From: Pyrinomonadaceae bacterium
Lineage (GTDB): Bacteria; Acidobacteriota; Blastocatellia; Pyrinomonadales; Pyrinomonadaceae
Assembly: GCA_049283975.1 (NCBI GenBank)
Contig: JBAPXA010000280.1
Coordinates: 1-44,053 of the forward strand
Reading direction: 5' to 3'
DNA: 44,053 bases
Positions 9,195 to 16,481 of this stretch are shown one piece after another; positions within the stretch are counted from its first letter, which is position 1, and each line of letters opens with the position of its first letter. The position numbers and the translations under genes are program-made. The notes under the pieces are model-generated. The model was not told where the DNA came from. It ran no database searches and worked only from the letters and a program-made list of their open reading frames with translations.

Positions 9195-9593
9195 ATGAGT
9201 GGCGAAGCGACCGCGTCTCATTCGAAGCTGGAAATCGAACAGGAGCTCCGGCAGATGAACGACGACTGGGTCAAGGCTCTCGTGCGCGCCGACCGCGTCA
9301 CGTTGGATCGGATTATGGCGGATGATTTTTGTTTTGCTTACCCGATGGAAGGTGACGACAAGGCTCAGTTTATCGGCGATGTGGTCTCCGGCGATGTGCG
9401 TGTGGAGAGTCTGACTCGCGAGAATGTCAGCGTGCGAATCTGGGGTGATACCGCGGTGCTTACCGGCAAGGACTCGGCAAGCTGGTCATACAAGGGTCGC
9501 GACTTCAGCGGACACTACAAGATCGTTCACATCTATTCCCGGCGCAACAATAATTGGCAACTAGTTTCTGTCCAAGCCTGCCCGATCAGTTAA
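9195..9593 (+). CDS. SnoaL-like / DUF4440 (NTF2-fold) protein
   Basis: ORF is 9135..9593 (TTG); preferred start is ATG 9195, preceded by aaggagag (9182..9189). The pattern DDWVKALVRAD...LDRIMADDF...GD...VLTG...NNNWQLVSVQA is typical of DUF4440/SnoaL_3. Confidence 0.75.
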   Translation: MSGEATASHSKLEIEQELRQMNDDWVKALVRADRVTLDRIMADDFCFAYPMEGDDKAQFIGDVVSGDVRVESLTRENVSVRIWGDTAVLTGKDSASWSYKGRDFSGHYKIVHIYSRRNNNWQLVSVQACPIS

Positions 9594-9599
9594 TCGCGC

Positions 9600-10997
9600 C
9601 TAGAAATACACCACATAGGAGCTGCGCCAGATTTTTGCCGGTATCGAACCCGGTACCGCCGGCGTGAGGAAAATCGCATAATCGTGGCCTGAGTCAGTGT
9701 CAGCGAAAGCCTGATCCTCAGTCAGAGAATCGTCAACCGGTCGCATGCCGACATGGTCCGGGTTGATGATCGCAAGACGCCTCAGGTTGCGGTAAAGATG
9801 TTCCAATCCAGATCCGTAAGCTCCAGGTTTATCGCCCAGTATCAAGCGCACCTCAGCCTGCTCATCAATAAAGTGTTTCAAGTGTGATGCAGCTTTGATG
9901 ACGCCCTGTTCAAACCGTTCGGAGAAATTGTCGGCTTGCGAATCTGCTACCGGACGAGTGTCTAAGACGATGGTAATGCGGCGTTCGTCTTCCGACGTAA
10001 ACTCACGCACCGTCAAGCGGCGCGACCTCGCCGTCGCCTTCCAGTCGATGTGCCTTAGGTCGTCCTGCGGTTGATAGTCTCGCAAGGCAAACAAGTCGTG
10101 GCCCGCGCCGCGTCGCGCGGATGCCATCCGCCCTACGTTCATCGGCAGCAAATGCAACTCATCGCCGATCGGTTCCGGTTTGGGATACACCAGGATATCC
10201 ACGTTGCGCGCACCAAGCCGGCGCCGCCGCCGCACAAAACCGAAGGGGAAACGAGTGGAGAGTTCAAAGCCATCGATGAAGACGTGGCCGCGCTTACTGA
10301 AAACCTGTTCCACACGCTGTTCCGCTGCAGCCCGATGTGGAATGTAAGTAAAGTAAGCGAGCGAACGCTTTTCAAAACGCGGCCGGCGCGACTTGCGCTT
10401 GTGCTCGTCGAGCTCGGCAACGGGACCACGGGCTTCGACCAACACCGATAGCGACGGCAACAGTCGCTTGGTGTTTCGTAGCGTCACAATCACCGGCGCG
10501 GCTTCTCCGGCAAAGATGTGATCCGGGAAGCGGGCCGAGACCTTCAGATCGCGCAGCGATGTTCTGGCCGCGCCCCAGCCGACAAAAAGCGTGGAGCAGA
10601 GCAGCGAAAAAATCAGAAACAGAAGATTGTGCCCGGTGTTCCAGGCAGCGAATCCAACTACGACGACAATCGCCAGGAAGATTGCGCCGCCGGTTGTGAT
10701 TTCAATGGGCAGGTCGAAGCTTGCTATTTCGAGCCGCGCAGAACGCGCTAAGGGGGGAACGATGAGAACCAGGATCAGCCCGGCGATCACTAATGAAAGG
10801 GCGGCGCCAATGGTGGCGAGCGTATTGTCGTTAGTGCGGCGGGCCAGCAACGTGACGGTGGCTGCGGCCAGCCCGGCAAGCACGAGCAACGTGCCCAGAA
10901 TGGCGTTACGCCAGTAGTTGGGAGAAGTGGCGAGGGGGAGACGCGGGGACGCGGAGAAGCCAACATCTATCTCCCCATCACCCGGTCTCCCTTTCAC
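9600..10997 (-). CDS. DUF58 domain protein (vWA-like, MoxR partner) with N-terminal TM helices
   Basis: Motif DDLRHIDWKATARSRRLTVREF is typical of DUF58. Several N-terminal hydrophobic helices. Starts (GTG 10997, uncertain) 8 nt after the MoxR stop. Confidence 0.85.
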   Translation of the reverse strand: MKGRPGDGEIDVGFSASPRLPLATSPNYWRNAILGTLLVLAGLAAATVTLLARRTNDNTLATIGAALSLVIAGLILVLIVPPLARSARLEIASFDLPIEITTGGAIFLAIVVVVGFAAWNTGHNLLFLIFSLLCSTLFVGWGAARTSLRDLKVSARFPDHIFAGEAAPVIVTLRNTKRLLPSLSVLVEARGPVAELDEHKRKSRRPRFEKRSLAYFTYIPHRAAAEQRVEQVFSKRGHVFIDGFELSTRFPFGFVRRRRRLGARNVDILVYPKPEPIGDELHLLPMNVGRMASARRGAGHDLFALRDYQPQDDLRHIDWKATARSRRLTVREFTSEDERRITIVLDTRPVADSQADNFSERFEQGVIKAASHLKHFIDEQAEVRLILGDKPGAYGSGLEHLYRNLRRLAIINPDHVGMRPVDDSLTEDQAFADTDSGHDYAIFLTPAVPGSIPAKIWRSSYVVYF

Positions 10998-11005
10998 CGT
11001 GTCTC

Positions 11006-11992
11006 CTACAATGGCACGCTGACCGTCTTCATGATTTCCGTGAGCACCGCTTCCGCCTCTTCACTTCTTCTTAATGCCGAAGCAAAGCGCGAGCTCACCA
11101 GAATGCGGTGGGCAAAGACCGGCAGTACGAGTCGCTTGATGTCGTCCGGGATGCAATAGGCTCTCTCTTCAGTCAGTGCGAGGGCCTGGGCGGCGCGGAA
11201 CAAAGCGAGGCTGCCGCGAGGACTGACGCCCAAATCCAACATCTCCGAGTCGCGCGTTGCAGCCACAATGCTCATCAGATAATCGACCAGGGCATCGTCA
11301 ACTGAGACTGCCGCCACGCTGTGTTGCAAATCGATCACTTCTGACGCAGTCATCACCGGCACAACATCATCGAGCGGATCGTTTCGTTCACGGTCTCGCA
11401 AGATCTGTTTCTCGTCGCGCAGACTTGGATGCCCAATGCGTAGGCGCAACATAAAACGATCAAGCTGTGACTCGGGCAGCGGGTAGGTGCCGTGATGTTC
11501 GATGGGGTTTTGCGTCGCCAGCACCATAAACGGTGCCGGCAAGAGATGGGTAACACCTTCGACCGTCACCTGACGTTCAGCCATTGCCTCCAGGAGCGCT
11601 GACTGCGTCTTTGGTGTAGTGCGATTGATTTCGTCAGCCAGGACAATGTGAGCGAAGACGGGACCGGGCTTCCATTCAAAGACGCTGGAGTGCTGGTTAT
11701 AGATCGAGAGACCAATCACGTCTGAAGGCAGCAAATCCGAGGTGAACTGAATCCGTTGGAAGCTGCAATCCAGAGCGCGGGCGAGGGCCTGCGCGAGAGT
11801 GGTCTTGCCAACGCCGGGAACGTCCTCCACCAGCAGATGACCGCCGGCAATCAATGTGACTATCGCCAGACGCACGGCTTCCGGCTTACCCTTGATCACC
11901 TGTTCGATCGCATTTTGCAGACGCTCGATTCTCTCCACAGCGGTGGATACGACCGCCGGAGAGTGGCCCTCAACTGGTTGCAGACGTCTCAT
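11006..11992 (-). CDS. MoxR-family AAA+ ATPase
   Basis: Walker A DVPGVGKTT, Walker B LADEINRTTPKTQSALLEAMAERQVTV, C-terminal GVSPRGSLALFRAAQALA; 328 aa, typical MoxR length. Confidence 0.92.
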   Translation of the reverse strand: MRRLQPVEGHSPAVVSTAVERIERLQNAIEQVIKGKPEAVRLAIVTLIAGGHLLVEDVPGVGKTTLAQALARALDCSFQRIQFTSDLLPSDVIGLSIYNQHSSVFEWKPGPVFAHIVLADEINRTTPKTQSALLEAMAERQVTVEGVTHLLPAPFMVLATQNPIEHHGTYPLPESQLDRFMLRLRIGHPSLRDEKQILRDRERNDPLDDVVPVMTASEVIDLQHSVAAVSVDDALVDYLMSIVAATRDSEMLDLGVSPRGSLALFRAAQALALTEERAYCIPDDIKRLVLPVFAHRILVSSRFASALRRSEEAEAVLTEIMKTVSVPL

Positions 11993-12280
11993 CTAGTGGC
12001 TTCCCTAAAGCAGCAACGCAAGCTGGTAGGTTGCGTAATTGTTTCTTTCCGCTACCTGACCAATCGCTGACGGCTCGCAAACTAGCAGTTTGCGCTAAAA
12101 AAACTTGATTCATTCTACATGCTAAAGGTGACAGTCGCACCCCAAAAGTTGTCTGGCGCAGGTGCGACACAATATGATTCTGCTCGCCGGCTGTAGTAAA
12201 CTGGCCGTCGTCGTTACATGGTAGAAGTAATGGGAACCTGGTCCCGGGTATTACGTGTAACGCAGGGCAAGGAGATTTTT

Positions 12281-12766
12281 ATGAGACACAATCTTAAACA
12301 ACGCCGCGGCGATGAGGGCTTTTCCCTCATCGAGCTGATGATCGTGATCGCTATTATCGGAATCCTGATTGCGGTTGGTATTACCGGCTGGAAAGCTGCG
12401 CTGCGTTCGGCAAACGAGGCGGCGGCTATTAAGTCGATGAGGACTGTTGCCGAGCAGCAGATGCTCTACTACAACTCTAAACAACGCACCACCTTTGGTA
12501 GCTTCGAAGAGTTGCGCCGCGAAAACCTGCTCGACAATCGCTACGATGGCACGACACCTTTGGTTGAAGGCTACATATTCACTTTGCGAGTGATACCCCG
12601 TTCAACCTCGCAACAGGCAGGCTACACTCTCAATGCCGACCCACAAATTAGCGAAGGCGTCAGCGCCACCGGCAAGAACCATTTTTATCTCGATTCAGAT
12701 ACCAACACGATCCACGTGAATGATTCGCAACCTGCGACGGCCAGCGATCCCTCGATCGGAGGCTAG
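12281..12766 (+). CDS. Prepilin-type N-terminal cleavage/methylation domain protein (type IV pilin / PulG-like pseudopilin)
   Basis: ORF is 12218..12766; preferred start is ATG 12281 with aaggag at 12269..12274. Leader MRHNLKQRRGDE, then G|FSLIELMIVIAIIGILIAVGI (class III signal with Glu at +5). Confidence 0.85.
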   Translation: MRHNLKQRRGDEGFSLIELMIVIAIIGILIAVGITGWKAALRSANEAAAIKSMRTVAEQQMLYYNSKQRTTFGSFEELRRENLLDNRYDGTTPLVEGYIFTLRVIPRSTSQQAGYTLNADPQISEGVSATGKNHFYLDSDTNTIHVNDSQPATASDPSIGG

Positions 12767-12791
12767 TTTCTTTTAGCTGTAAGATTCCAAC

Positions 12792-12830
12792 AAAAGAGCC
12801 GCTCGCTTTGAGCGGCTCTTTTGTGTTTCT
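12792..12830. terminator. Rho-independent terminator, plausibly bidirectional
   Basis: 13-bp perfect stem aaaagagccgctc / gagcggctctttt with loop gcttt, followed by gtgtttct on the plus strand. The A/T-rich stem ends also give a T-run on the minus strand. Lies between convergent genes. Confidence 0.7.
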
Positions 12831-12935
12831 GAATTGATGTTGAGCTAATGATCCCAGCGGTCAGCTTCATTGCCTGCGGATTACGCCTCAAGCACCACAA
12901 ACCAACCTTCATTTATTAGTACAGGGCCATGTTTG

Positions 12936-13703
12936 TTATTTCTCAACTGCGATTAAGAAATTGCGATAGATTCTCTTGTAGAGGTCGCTACTTAATTCTG
13001 GGGCGTGCGTTTTGAGAATGCCATATTGCTCCAATGCAGATGTGCGATCGTTTTGAGCGACGTACACCCAACCAAGGTTATAGCGTGGCAAAGCTAAGGC
13101 GGGTTGCAGAAGCAAAACCTTGCGCAGCGTTTTGGCTGCCTCATCATAACGACCCATCCCTGCATAGACGACTCCGAGGTTATTGAGAATCTTGTAATCG
13201 TCCGGCGCGAGACTCGCCGCCAATTGCAGGGACTTCAAAGCATTCTTGCGTTGCCTGTTCAGGTAGTAAGACCAACCCAGGTTGCTGTACAAATCCGCAC
13301 TGCTCCACCCATTACGCAGCGCATCTTCGTAAGCCCTTGTGGCCTCAGCATGCCGACCCAGTTCAGTGTTTGCCACGGCAAGGTAGAAATGGCACTCGCC
13401 GCAGTCCGGCTTCAGCTTTAGTGCCTGCCTCAGTGGTTTGAGGGCGTCACCAGGACGGCTCCAGTTAAGGTACGCGGCCCCCAAATTTTTATGAAACTCT
13501 GAACGGCGGGGCTCGCGGCGTAAGACCTCGCGAAAGGTTGCGACGGCCTCTTCATACCGTCGCGCCTTTGCGAGGAGCACGGCCTGCTCATGCAGCTCCA
13601 AAAGGTCAACCTGTCCCTCGCTCAGCCTTTGCGCAGTTTGACCAAACGTCCGCGGCACGACTGCCACTAGAGATATCAGAAGTAGAATACAGGTGAGTCG
13701 CAT
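12936..13703 (-). CDS. Secreted TPR-repeat protein
   Basis: Signal peptide MRLTCILLLISLVAVVPRTFGQ, ggag RBS upstream of ATG 13703, and repeated 34-aa TPR-like units (YEEAVATFREVLRREP, GDALKPLRQALKLKP, AEATRAYEDALRNG, YDEAAKTLRKVLLLQP). Confidence 0.85.
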   Translation of the reverse strand: MRLTCILLLISLVAVVPRTFGQTAQRLSEGQVDLLELHEQAVLLAKARRYEEAVATFREVLRREPRRSEFHKNLGAAYLNWSRPGDALKPLRQALKLKPDCGECHFYLAVANTELGRHAEATRAYEDALRNGWSSADLYSNLGWSYYLNRQRKNALKSLQLAASLAPDDYKILNNLGVVYAGMGRYDEAAKTLRKVLLLQPALALPRYNLGWVYVAQNDRTSALEQYGILKTHAPELSSDLYKRIYRNFLIAVEK

Positions 13704-13972
13704 TATTTATCTCCGTTTGCTTAAGTCTGACGTCTTCACGACCTGACGAGGCAAGCATGTTTCCAACGCCGGTTAATGCGAGTTGAGGTGTTCCTTGCGC
13801 TGCCCAGATCACTGCTCTAGAATGACGGGCCTGACGGCTACGGAACCCTGCACGCTTCGCACGCGTCTCAACTCGCACCAGACTCAATATTTCAGCGACA
13901 CCTGAAATGTCTTTAGAAAGTTCTAAGATTTTTATTGGAAAGTTTTAAGGGAGAGATCCTTAGGGAACTGCC

Positions 13973-15925
13973 GTGAATCAGCAGGAGCATCACTTCTTCG
14001 AGTTCGGGCCTTTCCGCCTGGACGCAAAGGAAGGCGTCTTAAGCCGTCACGGTGAACCCGTACACCTCACGCCGAAAGCGTTGAAGCTGCTGCTCGTGCT
14101 CGTCCAACATAACAACCATATCGTCGACAAGGACGAGCTGATGCAACAGATCTGGCCCGACACCGTTGTGGAGGAGGCAAACCTCGCCGGAAACATCCAT
14201 GCTCTCAGACAGGTCCTCGGTGGGGGTAACGGTGAAGAAAGGTACATTGAAACGATATCCAAACGAGGGTATCGCTTTGTCGCAAAAGTGCGGCAGGTGC
14301 GGCGTGACGGCCTCGATCCAGTCACGCAGGAGCGCATACGCGAAGTTAACGGGGAGGACGAAAAGAGATCCGAAGACTCAAAGACTCCGGTCGCTGCGAG
14401 CGCCGGAGCACGTCTACGAGACAGAAAGGCGCTGGTCCTAAAGTCTCTTCTGATCCTTGTGGTCCTCGGTGTTCTGACTGGCGCGGCCATTTACTTTTGG
14501 GGACGGGGCAAGTCAAGGCCAGCGGAGCCGAACCTCCAGATCACCTCAATCGCAGTGCTGCCGTTTAAGAACCTTTCCGGCGATGCGTCTCAGGAATACT
14601 TCACCGACGGAATGACTGAAGCAATGATTAATGAGCTAGCCAAAATTGGGGCCCTCCGAGTGATTTCGCGGCAGTCCATGATGCAATATAAAGGTGCCCG
14701 CAAGACAACGCCGGAGATTGCGCGTGAGCTGAATGTCGACGCCGTCGTGGATGGATCAGTGTTGCGCTCAGGTGATCGGGTGAGGATTACGGCACAATTG
14801 ATCCGCGCAGCGACTGACCAGCATTTGTGGTCGGAGAACTACGAGCGTGACCTGCCCGACATGTTGACGATGCAGAGCGAGATAGCGCGCGGCATTGCCG
14901 GGCAGATCAGAATCAAGCTAACGCCTCAGGATCAAGAGCGCCTTGCTCATACGCAACCGATGAAACCGGCGGCCCACGAAGCATATCTGAAGGGCCGTTA
15001 CTATTTGAATCAGGCAATAGACACCCCACAGCCCGACGCCTCAGACCGACTTCACAAAAAAAGCACTGAGTACTTTGAGCAAGCCATCAAACTCGATCCC
15101 GGCTATACGATCGCATATTCGGGGTTGGCCCGCTCATATCATTGGCTGGCGAGTAGCGGCTATCCGGAGTTCTATCCAAAAGCGAAAGAGGCAGCACTCA
15201 AAGCGCTTTCGCTTGATGACTCTTTGGCTGAGGCTCAGGGTGCGCTGGCTTTCACGATCTGGAGACATGATTGGGATTTTGCGCGGGCTGAGAGAGAGTT
15301 TCAGAAAGCCGAGGGCCTCGCTCCCAATTCGGGCAATATGCACGGCTACGCGCAATTTCTGTCGACCATTGGCAGGCACGACGAGGCTATCCGAAGGATC
15401 AGACTCGCTGAGGATCGCGACCCGCTGACGCTGTTCGTGAAGCTCAATGCGGGGTGGTTTTACCTCGACGCACGGCAATACGATTCCGCCATCGCTCAAT
15501 TTCGAGCCGTTCTTGAGCTAGACTCGAATATCTCAGGTGCGCTTTTTGGACTCTGCTCGGCTCATGTATTTAAGGGTATGTATGCGGAGGGCATCGCGCA
15601 GTGTCAAAAGGCACTGAAGCTTTCACCTGAGATGCCCGGTCGGCTAACCCTCGCGTGGGCATATGCGATGGCGGGCAGGCGTAGCGAAGCTATCCAGATA
15701 CTGAAGGAGGTAAAAGAGGCGTCGCAGAATTCGATCCCGCATTTGAGAGTAGCAAAAGTTTACTGCGCGCTCGGGGAAAAAGATCAGGCGATGTTGCACT
15801 TGGAAATGGCTCACGCTGAACACCGTGAGGGACTCTTATGGCTCAAAGTTGATCCCGGATTCGATGGCCTGCGCTCAGACCCGCGCTTCGACAATCTACT
15901 GCGCCGCGTCGGATTTCCCGCCTAA
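13973..15925 (+). CDS. CadC/OmpR-like winged-helix DNA-binding protein with a TM helix, a TolB-N-like module and TPR repeats
   Basis: N-terminal trans_reg_C pattern (FGPFRLD...LTPKALKLLLVLV...VDKDELMQQIWPD...NLAGNIHALRQVLG...IETISKRGYRFVA), TM LLILVVLGVLTGAAIYFW, then SIAVLPFKNLSGD...YFTDGMTEAMINELAKI and TPR repeats. GTG start at 13973. Confidence 0.85.
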   Translation: MNQQEHHFFEFGPFRLDAKEGVLSRHGEPVHLTPKALKLLLVLVQHNNHIVDKDELMQQIWPDTVVEEANLAGNIHALRQVLGGGNGEERYIETISKRGYRFVAKVRQVRRDGLDPVTQERIREVNGEDEKRSEDSKTPVAASAGARLRDRKALVLKSLLILVVLGVLTGAAIYFWGRGKSRPAEPNLQITSIAVLPFKNLSGDASQEYFTDGMTEAMINELAKIGALRVISRQSMMQYKGARKTTPEIARELNVDAVVDGSVLRSGDRVRITAQLIRAATDQHLWSENYERDLPDMLTMQSEIARGIAGQIRIKLTPQDQERLAHTQPMKPAAHEAYLKGRYYLNQAIDTPQPDASDRLHKKSTEYFEQAIKLDPGYTIAYSGLARSYHWLASSGYPEFYPKAKEAALKALSLDDSLAEAQGALAFTIWRHDWDFARAEREFQKAEGLAPNSGNMHGYAQFLSTIGRHDEAIRRIRLAEDRDPLTLFVKLNAGWFYLDARQYDSAIAQFRAVLELDSNISGALFGLCSAHVFKGMYAEGIAQCQKALKLSPEMPGRLTLAWAYAMAGRRSEAIQILKEVKEASQNSIPHLRVAKVYCALGEKDQAMLHLEMAHAEHREGLLWLKVDPGFDGLRSDPRFDNLLRRVGFPA

Positions 15926-16015
15926 ATCAATTTGCCAGGCGCAGCAACAGTGAGGTGCTAACTAAACTTTACGATGAAGCAATTTGTTGTATACACTCAT
16001 TTAACTTTTAGCGAT

Positions 16016-16030
16016 GCCCGCTTGGCTCAG
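16016..16030 (+). repeat. 15-nt exact copy of the 5' end of tRNA-Val (acceptor strand plus the start of the D arm)
   Basis: gcccgcttggctcag is identical to 19967..19981, on the same strand. The sequence after it does not continue as a tRNA. Confidence 0.5.
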
Positions 16031-16481
16031 CAAGTCTACACTCACTCCTAAACTCCATCCATTTAGCAGTTTACAGACCTGAAAACGTATTGGGCGCTTC
16101 TTGGGTTCATTTGAAACGCAGCACCCTTGATCAGTCGTCCAGGTAATCCTTAGAAGGTGCCGAATAGACCCCACCATGAACTCCGCAATTATCGATTCAT
16201 CTTGCTTCAGATTTAAGGGTGCGGTATGCCGTGAAGCACAGTTTGATTGATTGTCGACGCTATCCGAAATCCGTACATTATGTCGCAGCCCACGCAACGA
16301 GCCGAGCACCAGAGGCGTCGGATTGGTGGTGCAAGTTCTTGTTCATTCCATAGTGCTCGGCTTTCGGGATTAGCAGCGACATGGTACTGATGACTATCCA
16401 AGTCTGGTTGCTCCTTCGCTGTGCACTCACGCGCTACTGCGTTTGGATCAATACGCGCTTGGTCAAGTCCACGACTGCACT

